Positions 1 to 13,139 of a DNA stretch of 64,000 nt are shown here, piece by piece; position 1 is the first letter of the stretch; every line of letters begins with the position of its first letter. Source of the stretch: Chiloscyllium plagiosum (lineage: Eukaryota); the NCBI RefSeq assembly GCF_004010195.1, contig NC_057718.1, positions 74,095,604 to 74,159,603 of the forward strand, in the 5' to 3' direction. The notes below the pieces were generated by a model, which was given only the letters and a program-made list of their open reading frames with translations, searched no databases and was not told where the DNA came from. A program made the position numbers and the translations under genes.

Positions 1-319
1 TGTCTCAGTCAAATCCCTCGAACTCAGCACCGCCTTCCTAACCTGCAATCTTCCTGACCTCTCCGCCCCCACCCCCACTCCGGCCTCATACCCTCACCTT
101 GACCACCTCCCACCTATCGCATTTCCAACACCCCTCCCCCAAGTCCTTCCTCCCTACCTTTTATCTTAGCCTGCTGGACACACTTTCCTCATTCCTGAAG
201 AAGGGCTCATGCCCAAAATGTCGATTCTCCTGCTCCTTGGATGCTGCCTGACCTGCTGTGCTTTTCCAGCAACACATTATCAGCTCTGATCTACAGCATC
301 TGCAGTCCTCACTTTCTCC
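1..319 (+). mobile_element. Penelope-like element 3' end / pseudo-LTR (family A) with degenerate hammerhead core
   Basis: CTGAAGA-AGGGC-TCAT-GCCC-aaaatgtc at 195-222 (GAAA mutated), followed by the family terminus ...cagcatctgcagtcctcactttctcc shared with 22586, 30551, 43259 and 61108. Confidence 0.75.
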
Positions 320-1325
320 TAGGAGAGGTTAATAGGGTAGTTAAGACTTGCATGATGCTTATCATTTTATCAATTGTGGCATAGATTACAAGTACAGGGA
401 GGTTATGTTAGAGTGAAAAGAACTTTGGTTAGGTCACCGCTGGTGTATTGTGTATATTTCTGGCCACCACACTATAAAGAAGAATCAAAGAGTGTGGTGC
501 TAGAAAAGCACAGCTGGTCAGGCAGCATCCGAGGAGCAGGAGAATCAACGTTTTGGGCATATGCTTTTCATCAGGAAATCGATAAAGACGAATGTGGTTT
601 TACTAGTTCGGTTGCAAAGGAGATTCACCGGAATGTTGCCTGGAATGGAAAATTTCAGCTATGAAGAGAGGCTGGATAAACTCAGTTTGTTTTCTGTGGA
701 ACAAAGAAGGTTGAGGGAGGACCTGATAGAGATGCATAAGATTGAGGGGTATGAATAGGGTAAATATTAAGCAGCTGTTTTGTTTAGCTGAAGGATCAGT
801 AACAAGGGGCGTAGTTTTTAAGTGAAAGGCAGGTGAATGGGAATTGAGGAGACCTTTTTCATTCAGATAATGCAGTGTCTAGGAGCATAGTTGAGGCAGG
901 ATACCTCACCTTCTTTAAAAGGTACTTGGATGAGTACTTGAAGTGTCAAAATATTCAAGGTTCTGGGTCTATTGCAGGAAATTTGGACTAGTGTAAGTAG
1001 TCGTCTAATCTGGCAGCGCAAATATGTTTGGATTGAAGGGCCTGTTCTGTACTGTATAATTTTATGGGTGTGGAGACATGTCTCTGAAATAAATTCCAGT
1101 AAGGACTGAGATGAGGCAGAACATCTTCACTAAGGTACTGAATCTTTTGAATTCTGTACCACTGTGGAAGTATTCAGTTGTTAAGTAAATTCAAAACCAT
1201 GATTGAGAGATTTTGAGCCCTAAATAACATTAAATGATAAAGTAATTAGCAAAGATGATCAGCCATAATTTAGAATGGCAGAACAGGCTCGAGGGTCTAA
1301 ATGGCCGCCACCTTCTCCTATGTCC
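320..1325 (+). mobile_element. CR1-clade LINE 3' fragments, interrupted by a Penelope family-A fragment (about 482-578, minus)
   Basis: Peptides LVRSPLVYCVYFWPPHY and QRRFTGMLPGMENFSYEERLDKLSLFSVEQRRLREDLIE are CR1 ORF2 C-terminal motifs; 3' tail gaagggcctgttctgtactgt. Confidence 0.85.
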
Positions 1326-1429
1326 TTCATGTGCCTATAAATGTTGACCATTAGCAGGTCTAAAAATAATGCAAGACAGGAAACATGTAATTGTATAATT
1401 GCCACACTGGTTTTAGGACTAAAATTATA

Positions 1430-1740
1430 CCAACAGGAATTTGCATTTTTGTGGTTGCCTTAATGTAATAACTCTCTTCGTCGCTTCACAGATGTATGAT
1501 CAAACTAAATTTAACACTGAACCAGAGGGGTGTTAGGGTAGGCAATCGAAAGCATGGCCAAGAGGTAGATTTTTAGGAATAATTCAAAGGTGGGGGATGG
1601 GGGAATTGATTTTTCATAATTTAAGTGTGGAATTTCAGAGCTAAGGGCTGAAGGATCTGCAATCTGCAAGAGGCTAGAATTGAAGGAATATAGAGATTGA
1701 GGTTAGAGGGGCCTGTAGAGATTGAGAGATGTTGGACAAC
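1430..1740 (-). mobile_element. Old L2-like LINE 3' fragment
   Basis: Decayed sequence resembling antisense L2 3' ends (caacaggaatttgcatt..., gtagatttttagg, gaatttcagagctaaggg); recognised by pattern only. Confidence 0.4.
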
Positions 1741-2001
1741 GTATGATTAACAAAGGCGATATCCCTCTCAGATTCACACTGTCACGAGCTTGTTTAGAAG
1801 TTTGCGTATGAATGTGGCAAGGATCATGCTGTCAGAGTGGGCTGTTAACGGAGCCCATGGTCACATGAAAAACCACTTCCTTGTACTATAAATTACTAAC
1901 CTCTGGTTAATGTGGTTTTGAAATATTTGTGTCAGTAATTCACTTTGCTAGCACTGACTTGATTAGGGAAATAAGACTACAACAAAATGTTCTTGTTGCA
2001 G

Positions 2002-2097
2002 ATTCTGTCTTCTGTGAGAATACGGAGCCTCGATCTCTTGAAGATAAACAAAGGAGAGCAAAAAACACTTTTGATGAAATGATGAACTACATTCCAG
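2002..2097 (+). CDS. SNX14: Sorting nexin-14, internal coding exon (C-terminal Nexin_C/PXC region)
   Basis: ttgttgcag|ATTCTG...ATTCCAG|gtaaga; 96 nt, phase 1-1; encodes (D)[31 protein letters not shown], matching my recollection of vertebrate SNX14 [32 protein letters not shown]. Confidence 0.95.
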
Positions 2098-2374
2098 GTA
2101 AGAGCAGCTTATGTTAAAACCAAGAAGTCAGTGACCAAGCTCTCTCGCTGAAAACTCAACAACCTTTCCACAGGATACTAATAGGATGGAAGAGTCTGCA
2201 GAAAACAAGAGCATTACACATTGGTTATGTTCAAACAAAAAATAATTTCTTGCAATTTATCCACACCAATCATTTGAAGCGTGGCAGGTGTTCTGCACTA
2301 ATAGTGTAATAGACTCCTAGAGCTGTACAGCACGGAAACAGACCCTTTGGTCCAACTTGTCCAGGCTGACCAGA

Positions 2375-3244
2375 TATCCTAACTTTAATGCGGAAAAGTG
2401 TGATGTGATTCACTTTGGAAGGAGCAACAGGAATACAGAGTACTGGGGAAATGGTAAGATTCTTGGTAGTGTAGATGAGCAGCGAGATCTCGGTGTCCAT
2501 GTACATAGATTGCTGAAAGTTGCCACCCAAGTTGATAGGGCTGTTAAGAAGACATAGTGTGTTAGCTATTGAATTTATTGTCACGTATACTGAGGGACAG
2601 TGAAAAGCATCGTCTTACGAGCAATACAGGCAGATCACATAATTAAGTAGCACAGATAGTAAATAGTAGGTAAATAGTGGCAAAAACAAAAATACAGGTA
2701 CAGGGGAATGTTAAGAGTTTAAGAGTCCATTCAGTATTCCATATTCACTATTCAGTATTTTATTAGTAGTGGGATTGGGTTTTGGAGCCATGAGATCGTG
2801 CTGCAGCTGTACAAAACTCTGGTGCGGCTGCACTTGGAGTATTGCGTACAGTTCTGGTCACCGCATTATAGGAAGGATATGGAAGCTTTGGAAAGGGTTC
2901 AGAGGAGATTTACCAGGATGTTGCCTGGTATGGAGAGTAGGTCTTTCGAGGAAAGGCTGAGGGACTTGAGGCTGTTTTCGTTAGAGAGAAGGAGGGTTCA
3001 GAGGTGACTTCATTGAGACAAATAAGATAATCAGAGGGTTACATATGGTGGACAGTGAGAGTGTTTTTCCTTGGATGGTGATGGCTAGCAGGAGGGGACA
3101 TAGCTTTAAATTGAGGGGTGATAGATGCCAGAAATAGTTTCTTTATTCAGAGAGTAGTAGGAATGTGGAACAGCCTGCCTGCAACAGTAATAAACTCGCC
3201 AACTTTAAGGGCATTTAAATAGTCATTGGATAGACATTTGGATG
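2375..3244 (+). mobile_element. CR1 LINE 3' part; continues at 9098-9212 after the L1 insertion
   Basis: FNAEKCDVIHFGRSN...EQRDLGVHVH and LYKTLVRLHLEYCVQFWSPHYRKDMEALERVQRRFTRMLPG; tail gggccaaagggcctgtactatgctgtaatgttctatgttcta at about 9171-9213. Confidence 0.9.
2568..2760 (-). mobile_element. Short LINE 3' tail (Rex1/Babar- or L2-like) inserted in CR1
   Basis: ttgaatttattgtcac is an antisense AATAAA plus TTCAA tail; it interrupts the CR1 coding frame; a related plus-strand tail lies at about 42175-42282. Confidence 0.5.
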
Positions 3245-3418
3245 GGGGGGTCCAAGATGGCGGCGACCCAGCAAGTCTGAGTCTACAGTGCTTCTCCCAA
3301 GACTTGGGCAAAGTGGGTCACCCACCCCCACCACACTCATCAAATCATTTAAACTAGGTTTCACTTAATGTAATTAGTTGTTTAGTATTGAATTTAAACA
3401 ATTTAATCACCAGTAAAA

Positions 3419-4278
3419 ATGACTAAAGGGAAGGGAGCCCGCAGCTCTCAGCAAGCAGGAACCCCACGCCCACCCTCTCCATCTGCAGCAGAGGCGTCCG
3501 CAGCCGCCCTGGGGGACTTACCTACGGTGGCGAGCCGTGTGGAAATAATCTCCAAACTCGATGCGAAGATCAACGCTTTTATTGAAGAATCCTGAAGCCG
3601 ATGGGACTCGCTCTCGGCTGCGCTGCAAAAGCACGACCGAGACATCAAGGAAATCGAGCGCCGAGTCGGAGGGGCGGAGTTAAAGGCCGCAACCTCCGAA
3701 ACTATAGCACAATCGACCGTGGATCGGGTCCGGACTCTCGAACAGCGAGTCCGGACCTTAGAGAATCACATTGACGCCCTCGAGAATAGAGATCGTCGAA
3801 AAAATATTCGTTTGCTGGGCCTTCACGAACGGGAAGAGGAAGGCCAGCTTACAGTGTTCCTTGATCAGTGACCTCCACAGCTTTTAAATCTGGAGGCTGG
3901 GGTCAGGCCAGGTAAGGGTGGAATGGGCCAACCGGGTTGCAATACCTGGGCCTGGCTCAAACCAGTGTCCCCGCCCGGTCTTGTTCTGGCTGCAGAGCGA
4001 CAAGGAGAGGCAGATGCTCTTAGAAGCCTCCAGAAATCTTGGAAAAAAATCCCCAAGCCATGATCTATGAAGGATCCAAGATCATGTTACTCCAGGACTT
4101 TTCCCTAGCTCTGGTCTAAAAGAGGAAGGCATTTGATGAGGCGGAGAAGTGTTCAAGGAACTTAAATATTCAGTACTCTTTGCGCTACCCAGTGACACTA
4201 CGCTTTAACCATGAAGGGTCCGTGTATAACTTCGGATCGCCGGAAAAGGCCAAGGAATTTTTGGACTCTCTTAGATAA
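3419..4278 (+). pseudogene. L1 ORF1 remnant (coiled coil + RRM + CTD, Transposase_22-like)
   Basis: ATG at 3419 (MTKGKGARSSQ...); heptad region followed by LENRDRRKNIRLLGLHERE (L1 ORF1 LENRSRRNNIRIIG motif); internal TGA stops and frameshifts; ends AKEFLDSLR*. Confidence 0.85.
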
Positions 4279-4974
4279 ATTGTAAGAGATAATTGATGTT
4301 GGTTTGCTTTCCCCCACTCCGGTTTACGTCCACCCCCCTCCCCTTTTTTTTACCTTACTGTTTAATACTATCTTGTGGGGTGGGGAGAGGGATTTATTCA
4401 TTTGTTCTCTACTTAACGATTTTCTCCCCCCCCCACCCCTTCTTTTTTTTAATTCTATTTGGCCGGGGGGTCTAGTTAATGTTGGTGGAGGGAGGTGGTT
4501 ACCTTATTCTATTTTACCTCTGTCTCTAGGAGCTGGGCTGTTTTCCCTTGTTATTTTGTATTATTTAATTATTACTTGTTGAGGTTGTAATTTTATGTGA
4601 TATATGTTTATACATGGTATTAACATTACCAAATATATCCAGGCGTTGGTGTGGGTGGGGGTAGGGTGCTCACTGTTAACTCTAACTCTGTAGTATATTT
4701 GAATTTTTTTCATCCTATTGAGGAGCACCTGGGTCAAGGGTGGGGCACAGGTTGGGCGAGGATATAATGGACTTTTGGAAAGGAAGTGATACCTCCTGGG
4801 AACAAAGGGAAAATCTCCATTTAAATACTTTTTTTTAATTTAGAAATAGTTTTTTATTATACTGTTGTGAGTGTATTAGAGAGCCTTTATTTTTGTGAAT
4901 TTTATATGCTCTAGCTCGGATATTCTGGATAGGGTTTCCCCTCCCGAGGGGTCTCTGATTTGCCCGCACGATCG

Positions 4975-7900
4975 TGGTTGATCAGTCGGTTAAGTGGTGC
5001 ACCAGGAATGTCAAGGGGAGTAATTCACCAGTCAAAAGGAAGAAAATATTATCAAACCTCAAGAAAGAAAGGGTTGATATAGCACTCCTATAGGAGGCAC
5101 ACTTATTGGATAAAAAACACTTGAAATTATGACAGGGTGGATTTGATCAGGCCTTTTTTTTCTTCTAATTGTATTATGGATCCGGAAATAGATAGGATTC
5201 CCAAGAGTACTGCGGGAGTATCTCCCAGATCGAGACAATTGTTGGATTTGAACAAAAAATTAGGACCAGTAGATGTATGGAGATGCCTTCATCCACAGGG
5301 CAGAGATTTTTCTTTTTACTCCAATCCACATAAATGCCATACCAGAATCGATATGTTTTTTTGCCCCCTCAATTTTTTAAAATTCCATATCATCCTGTAA
5401 AATAGGCAGTATAGGAATTTCCGATCACGCTGCTGTATATATGGAAATCAAGGCGAGGAACGATGAGACATCCCCCTGGCATTTGCGTATGGACCCCTTC
5501 CTGATGAAAGATAGTAAATTTGTAAAGTACTTCTCTCAAGAATTTAAAACTTTTTTAGAAATTAATTTAGGTACGGCTAGCAACCCATCAATGATGTGGG
5601 AGACCATCAAAGCTTACGCGCGAGGTTTGATCATCTCATACTCAGCGACCCAGAAAAAATTAAAGGGAGAACAACAGCGTCTGCTTGAAGCATGCTTAAA
5701 AGCGGCTGAAACAGCATACGCTGACAGACCTTCTATTATCAAATTGCAAAGGATTGCGGTCCTTAGGACAGCTCTAAACACCACCCTTACCCAAGCGGCT
5801 AAGAGGGAAATATTATTTGCAAAACAAAGGTTATATGAATTTGGCGATAAACCTGGTAGATACTTAGCTTTTCTTGCAAAGAAAAAGAAGACCCCTCTAG
5901 GAGGACCCCTCTAGGACTAGGAGGATGCAATCATTTTTTAAAAACCTGACCTTTCCGGGCCTAACTCCAGAACAGGTATCGGTCTTGAATGTTCCCCTAA
6001 CAATCCAAGAAATACTTGACACAATCAGGCAACTTCAGAGCGGTAAAGCACCTGGCCCAGATGGCTTTCAAGCTGAATTCTATAAAGAATTTACAGGAAT
6101 ATTGGCTGGTCCACTTATGGACATGTATAACTACTCATACAGTCAGGGCTGTCTCCCGCCTTCGCTGAAAGAGGCAAATATCTCTCTTATCCTTAAAAAA
6201 GGAAAGAACCCATAAGATTGCGCGTTATACAGACCAATATCCTTGCTAAATGTAGATTTTAAAATCCTCTCTAAAACGTTAGCATCGAGGCTAGAAAGGG
6301 TATTGCCACATATCATAAAGGAGGATCAGATGGGGTTTATTAAGGGCCATAGGTCATTCAACAATGTTAGAAGGGTTTTGAATGTGATTCAAGCCTGCCA
6401 TCAGGGAAAGGTACCAGGAGTAATCGTCTCATTAGACGCGGGAAAGGCATTCGACAGGGTTGAATGGTCATATTTGTTTTACACATTGGAAAGGTTTGGG
6501 GTTGGAAAGGTGTTTACCAAATGGGTCTCAACACTGTATAGTAATCCCAAAGCAGTTGTGATTACCAATGGATTAGGCTCGGATAGCTTCAGTGTGGATA
6601 GGGGCTGCCGTCAGGGATATCCACTCTCGCCATTGCTATTTACGCTAATAATTGAGCCGCTAGCAAAAGCTATACGGGCTGATCCTAATAAAATGGCCCC
6701 GAGGATTGTGGGCGGCACAGTGGCACAGTGGTTAGCACTGCTGCCTCACAGCGCCGGAGACCCGGGTTCAGTTCCCGCCTCAGGCGACTGACTGTGTGGA
6801 GTTTGCACGTTCTCCCCGTGTTTGCGTGGGTTTCCTCCGGGTGCTCCGGTTTCCTCCCACAATCCAAAAGATGTGCAGGTCAGGTGAATTGGTCATGCTA
6901 AATTGCCCGTAGTGTTAGGTAAGGGGTAAATGTAGGGGTATGGGTGGGTTGCGCTTCGGCGCTTCGGCGGGGCGGTGTGGACTTGTTAGGCCGAAGGGCC
7001 TGTTTCCACACTGTAAGTAATTGGTATGGGTAAACGTAAAGTTATCCTTTATGCAGATAATCTTCTATTTCTCAATAATCCTTTGATCCAAGTTATTAAT
7101 ACATTTAGTGTATTTTCAGGCTAGAAAATTAATTTCTCAAAATCGGAAGCTATGCCAATGGGTGGCCTTGCTAGTATATCCCACTTATTGGACGGATCCC
7201 ACTTTCCCTTTCGGTGGTCCCTGGAGGGTTTTTTATATTTAGGTATTTTTATTACCCCAGTATTTGTTCAGTTATACAAGGCTAACTTTGTGCATTTACT
7301 GGAAAGAATAAGGCCAGGACCTAATGCGATGGGGAGATCTTCCAATTTCCTGGCTGGATAGAATAGCACTAATTAAAATGAATGTCCTGCCCCGTCTCCT
7401 ATACCCTATGAGAATGCTTCCGGTGATGCTGCCGAGGCTGGCACTACGTAAATTATATGGCTGGTTGGGTTCCTTTATCTGGAATCCTAGACGGCCCCTT
7501 ATTAAGCTGAAGAAGCTACAGCTTCCACATGCAAGGGGAGGATTGGACTTCCCACCTTTAGGAAATATCAGTTAAGTTCCCTATTAAGTTACATAGCTGA
7601 TTGGCTCTTGTCTGACCCACAATCAATCTGGCTGGACATCGAGGCTTCTCAACTAAAATGCCCACTTATGAACCTTTTATTTTCAGACAAGAGGAAAATC
7701 ATTACGGATCACTGTAAAAGCCCTATAATACTAAACACAATTAGAGCTTGGAATATAATGCGGCAAAATGAGGGTAATTCACATAAAACATCCCCCTATG
7801 CTCCGATAGTGGGAGCATGGGGATTTCAACTGGTGTTTACAGATGCCACTTTCAAACTCTGGATATCCAGGAGTATCTCTTGTTTAGGGGATCTATTTAA

Positions 7901-8733
7901 AGAAGGGGTCCTGATGTCTTTTGAACAGCTGCGTCAGAAATTCGGATTACCTAATGGAGACCTCTTTCAATACTTCCAAATTCGAGATTACATAAAGAAG
8001 AAGAATACGTTATTAGATAGTCTTTATAAATCAGATAGAGAATGTAGAGTGCTATGGCCAATGGGGGTATCTTCCGTCAGTACTATTTATCATTTACTAC
8101 ATGATGAAGTATCGGGAGATATGGACAATCTGCTTAAAACATGGGATCAGGATTTGGGACTAGAAATCTCTATAGAAACGTGGAATGACATTTGGGAAAA
8201 CCCTAGAAGAATCACCATCTGCAACAGAACTCAGGTTATTCAGCTGAAGATACTTCATAGGGCCCATATAGCACCGGATCGATTGGCAAAATTTAAGGCT
8301 GGAGCATCTCCAATGTGTCCCAAATGTAAAATAGAGGTGGGCACTGTTGTACATTGCCTTATGGACCTGTCATAAGATCCGTAGATATTGAAGTAAAGTA
8401 GCAAGTGCTCTGACAGAAATCTTAGGAACGGAAATTAGAGTGGACCCTGTATCTCTCCTTTTGGGCTTCTCAAACTTACCCTCCCTGGATATGCACGGGA
8501 AGAGATTATTTTCTATTCTTTCTGTGCAAGGAAAAATATTTTGGTAAATTAGGTGGCTGAGGGCCCCATTGGACTTTCAAATTGGCACAGATTAATTATG
8601 GAATGTATTCCCCTTGACTTCCTTACAAATATGGTGCACCAAAAATCCGAATTATTCCATAAAATATGGCAGCCCTTCTTGAATTATATAAATGCAGATA
8701 TTTTGGCCATCCTAACAAGGGCTTTTATTTAAT
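4975..8733 (+). pseudogene. L1 ORF2 remnant (APE endonuclease, RT, C-terminal Cys-His knuckle)
   Basis: NVKGSNSPVKRKKIL..DIALL*EAH, TRIDMF, SDH (APE); GKAPGPDGF, YRPISLLNVDFKILSK, SLDAGKAFDRVEW, GCRQGYPLSPLLF, LYADN (RT); CPKCKIEVGTVVHC; many frameshifts and deletions. Confidence 0.92.
6709..7019 (+). mobile_element. HE1-like tRNA-derived V-SINE inserted in the L1 RT
   Basis: A box TGGCACAGTGG, B box GGTTCAGTTCC, V-domain gtttgcacgttctccccgtg...ggtttcctcccac, CR1-type tail; 4-nt attg duplicated at the junctions. Confidence 0.92.
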
Positions 8734-9212
8734 TGAGATGGCGAACCTGGCTGGTCCGGGGCCCCTTGGGAGAGGAATCCCGCACGAATACGGGTTTTAT
8801 TACATTTGATGTTAATACATTCCGAGCAGGTATCTCACTACCAAATTTCTGTGTTATCCGTCGTTTGTTTTTCTCTTATTTGAATAATGTAAGAGACTTA
8901 ATTATACACTCTGGTTAGTTGTAGGTTAGATTAGTAGTTAGTTGAGTTTTCTTTTCTCTCAGTATTTTTCTTTTGTTAAATTTTGGTTATTATTTATTTA
9001 AGATTTAATTGTATATCAATGTTTATACTTGGATTTTTTTTATTTTGTAAACTTGTAAAAATGTAAAATTTTCAATAAAAATATCTATTAAAATAACGAC
9101 ACTTGGATGAAAATGGAATAGAATAGGTTAGATGGGCTTCAGATTGGTTTCACAGGTCAGTGCAACATCAAGGGCCAAAGGGCCTGTACTATGCTGTAAT
9201 GTTCTATGTTCT

Positions 9213-11445
9213 ATTAATCTAGTCCCATTTACCAGCATTTGGCCCACATCCCTGTATACTCTTCTATACATACAATCATCCAGATGCCTTTTAAATGTTC
9301 CTCTGGCAGGTCATTCCTACATGAAAATATTGCCCCTTAGGCTTCTGTTTAAACCTGTGCCCTCTCTCCTTAAACCTATGCCCTCCAGTTTTAGACAACC
9401 CCACCTTCTCCCTATCCATGTCCCTAGTGATTTTATAAATCCCTGTAAGGTCACCCTTTGGCCTCTGATACTCCAGGAAAAACAGCCCAGCCTATTCAGC
9501 CTCCTCTATAGCTCAAACCCTTCAATCCTGGCAACATGCTTTTAAATATTTTGTGAGCCCTTTCATTTTCAACAACATTCTTCCCATAGCAAAGAGACCA
9601 GAATTACACGCAATATTCCAAGAGTGGCTTAACCAATATCCTGTACAGCTGCAACATTACCTCCCAACTCCTATGCTCAGTACACTGACCAAAAAAGGTA
9701 AACATACCAAACACCACCTTTACTATCCTGTGTACTTGTGACTCCACTTTCAAGAAACTGTGAACCTGCACTCCAAATTCTTAGTTCAGCGACACTCTCC
9801 ATTAAGTGTATAAGTCTTACCCTGATTTGCCTTTCCAAATTGCAGCACGTCACATTTATCTAAATTAAACTCTCTGCCATTCCTTGACCCATTGACCCAT
9901 CTGATCAAGATCCCGTTGTACTCTGAGGTAACCTTCTTTGTTGTCCGCTACACCTCCAATTTTGGTGTCATCTGCAAAATTACTAACTATACCTCCTACG
10001 TCCATGTCCAAATCATTTATGTAAATGACAAAAAGCTGTGGATTCAGCACCGATCCTTGTGGCACACCACTGGTCACAGGTCTCCAGTCTGAAAAGCAAC
10101 CCTTCACCCTCTCTTCTACCTTAAAGCCAGTTCTGTATTCAAATGGCTAGTTTTCCTTGTATTCCATGCAATCTAATATCACTAACCCAACTAATACGCA
10201 GAACCTGGTCGAATGTTGCACTGAAGTCCGTATAGATCACATACACCACTCTGCCGTCTTCAATTGTCTTCATTACCTCTTCAAAAAAACTCAGTCAAGT
10301 TAACGAGACATGATTTCCCACACCCAAAGCAATGTTTCCAAATGCATGTAAATCCCATTCTTCAGGATTCCCTCCAACAACTTGCCCACCACTGATGTCA
10401 GGCTCACTGGTCTACAATTCTCTCGCTTTTCCTTATTTAAATAGTGGCACCATGTTAGTCAACTCCAGTCTTCCGCCACCTCGCCTGGGCTATTGATGAT
10501 ACAGATATCTCAACAAGGGGCGTAACAATTACTTTCCTAACATTCCACAGAGGTCGAGGGTGCACCTGATCAGTCCCAGGGATTTATCCATCTCTATGCA
10601 TTTTAAGGTATCACATTTTAAGATATCACTCATATCTATATTCATTTGCTTAAAATGCCACCACCACCACCTTTGTAATTGGATGTTTTTCAAGATGTCA
10701 CTATTTATTTCCCCATGTTCTGTATCTTCCATATCCTTCTCCACAATAAACATTAATGCAAAATACTCGTTTAGTATCTTCTGTCATCTCCAGCAGTTCC
10801 AAACATAGGCACCCTTGCTGATCTTTAAGGGGACTTGTTCCCTCCCTAGGTACTCTTTTGTCCTTAAAGCTTTTGTAGAATCCCTTTGGATTCTCCTTAA
10901 CCTTATTTGCCAAAGCTATCATATGTCCCCTTTTTGCACTCCTGATTTCCTTGTGAAGTCTGCTCCTACTACCTTTATACTCTTCTAGGGATTCACTAGA
11001 TCCTTGCTGTCTATACCTGACATGTGCTTCCTCCTTCTTCTTGACCAAACCTCAATTTTTCTAATCATCCAGCATTCCCTGCACCTAACAGTCTTGCCCT
11101 TCGCCCTAACATGTACATACTGTCTCTCAACTCTTGGTATCTCATTTTCGAAGGCTACCCATTTTCAAATCATCTCTTTGCCAGCAAACATCCGCCCCCA
11201 GTCAACTTTTGAAAATTCTTGCCTAATACTGTCAAAATTGGCTTTTCTCCAAAGTTTAGAGCTTTAATTTTTAGATCTGGTCTATCCTTTTCCATCACTA
11301 TTTTAAAACTAATACAATTATAGTCACTCAAAAATGCTCCCCCATTGACACCTCAGTCATCTGCTCTGTCTTACTTCCCAAGAGAGGGTCAAGTTTTGCA
11401 CATCCACATGGTACATCCACATACTGAATCAGAAAATGTTCTTGC
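9213..11445 (-). mobile_element. CR1 LINE ORF2 (5'-truncated, decayed)
   Basis: Minus-strand [27 protein letters not shown]...FADDTKIGG and VKENPKGFYK. Confidence 0.9.
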
Positions 11446-11829
11446 TGTCCCTGCTGAACGTTGAAAATGGTGGTTGAATTGGCAGTCTCGCACACTAATT
11501 TGCCCGAGACTGTGTCAAGTTTCTAGAGTGCCCCATTTGGTCAGATGGAGAGTGTTCCATCATTCTCCTGACTTTTGCCTCTTAAGTGGACAAGACTTGA
11601 GACTAGTGGTGGTCAGTGGCTGAGTGTTTAGTATTGAGTTTCCTGTCTGTGACCTGCTTTCATATTTGCTATGTTTAAATGGCTAATCCAGTTCAGTTTA
11701 TTTTTAATGATAACAGCCCCCCAAACCCCATCTCCTTATTTCTTGTCTTAAGTGGGTGACATTATATTTTAAAGCATGGTTCCTAGTTTTAGGTCAGCTT
11801 GTTTATTCAGTTATTTAAGATTTTATGCA

Positions 11830-13135
11830 GTCTTTCCATTACCTAAACCCCGTCAGTCTCCTATGCTGTAAAGAAAAAGTCCTAGCTTGTCCAACCTCTC
11901 CCTATAACTCAAACCCTTGTGTCCTGGCAATATTCTTCTAAGCTTCTTCTTTCCAGTTCAATAACCTCCTTCCTATAACAAGGTGACTAAAACAATACTC
12001 CGAGTGGGGCCTCACCAAGGTCCTGTATAACTACAATATAATTTCCCAACTTCTATACTTAATGCCCTGACTGATGAAGGCCAGTGTGCCAAAAGCCGCC
12101 TTCACAGCTCTGTCCACCTATGACTTTATTTTCAGCAAAGTGTGCACCTGAACTCCAAGGTCCCTCTGTCCCACTACACTCCTTAAGGCCCTATCATTTG
12201 CCATGAAACTCCTACCTTGATTTGACTTTCCAAAGTGCAAGACATCACTCATATCTATATTAAACTTCATTTGCCATTTCTTGGCCCACTTCCACAGCTG
12301 ATCAAGGTCCTGCTGCAATTTCTGATAACCTTCCTCACCGTCCATAATACCGCCTATTTTAGTCTCATCTGCAACCTTACTAATCATACCTTGTACATTC
12401 TCATCCATTTCTTGGCCCACTTCCACAGCTGATCAAGGTCCTGCTGCAATTTCTGATAACCTTCCTCACCGTCCATAATACGCCTATTTTAGTCTCATCT
12501 GCAACCTTACTAATCATACCTTGTACATTCTCATCCAAATCGTTGATAAAAATAACAAACAGCAATGGGCCCAGCACAGACCCCTGAGGCACTCCACTAG
12601 TCACAGGCCTTAGTCCGACAACCATCCTTCCACTATTACGCTCTGCGTCCTACCATCGAGCCAACTGTATGTCCAATATGCCAGGTCCCCCTGGATTCCA
12701 TGCAATCTAAACTTCCAGAGCAGCCTACCATGTGGAATCTTATCAAGAGCCTTACTGAAATCCATATAACTGATGTCTACCACCCTGACCTCATCAACCT
12801 TCCTTGTTACTTCATCAAAGAACTCTTAACAAATTTGAGAGGCATGATCTCCAACCCACAAAGCAATGGTGACTACTAATCAAACCCTATCTTTCGAAAT
12901 GCATGTATATCTTATCTCAGAATCTTCTCAATTAACTTACCTACCACAGATATTAAACTTACTGGTTGTTCCCAGGTTTCTCTTTGTAGCCCTTCTTGAA
13001 TAAGAGCACAACATTCGCTACCCTCCAGTCTTCCAGGACCTCCCCTGTGGCTAACGAGTGATGCAAAAATATCAGCCAGGGCCCCTACAATTTCTTCTCT
13101 AGCCTGTTGCAGGGTTCTTGGATATATCTGGTCAG
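11830..13135 (-). mobile_element. CR1 LINE ORF2 fragment with an internal 131-bp tandem duplication
   Basis: [31 protein letters not shown]; direct repeat 12274-12404 / 12405-12537. Confidence 0.9.
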
Positions 13136-13139
13136 GATG

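Larger units (their letters stand above)
3245..9097 (+). mobile_element. L1-clade non-LTR retrotransposon with both ends present, inactivated and internally deleted
   Basis: G-run then CAAGATGGCGGC (YY1-type motif, 3253-3264); ORF1 and ORF2 remnants; AATAAA at 9074 plus decayed A-tail; 12-bp TSD gacatttggatg (3233-3244) / gacacttggatg (9098-9109). Confidence 0.93.

Noticed and set aside
1929..2117. ORF-track proteins overlapping SNX14 exons (also 26820-27032) as complete CDSs
   Set aside because: Only the splice-bounded parts resemble SNX14; the flanks are intron read-through
6709..6790. tRNA genes at SINE heads
   Set aside because: A/B boxes belong to tRNA-derived SINE heads that run directly into the V-domain; no complete cloverleaf is supported
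5441..8375. RT/endonuclease ORFs as a prokaryotic-type retron, DGR or novel RT system
   Set aside because: Motifs, ORF1, polyA signal and TSD identify an ordinary decayed L1-clade element
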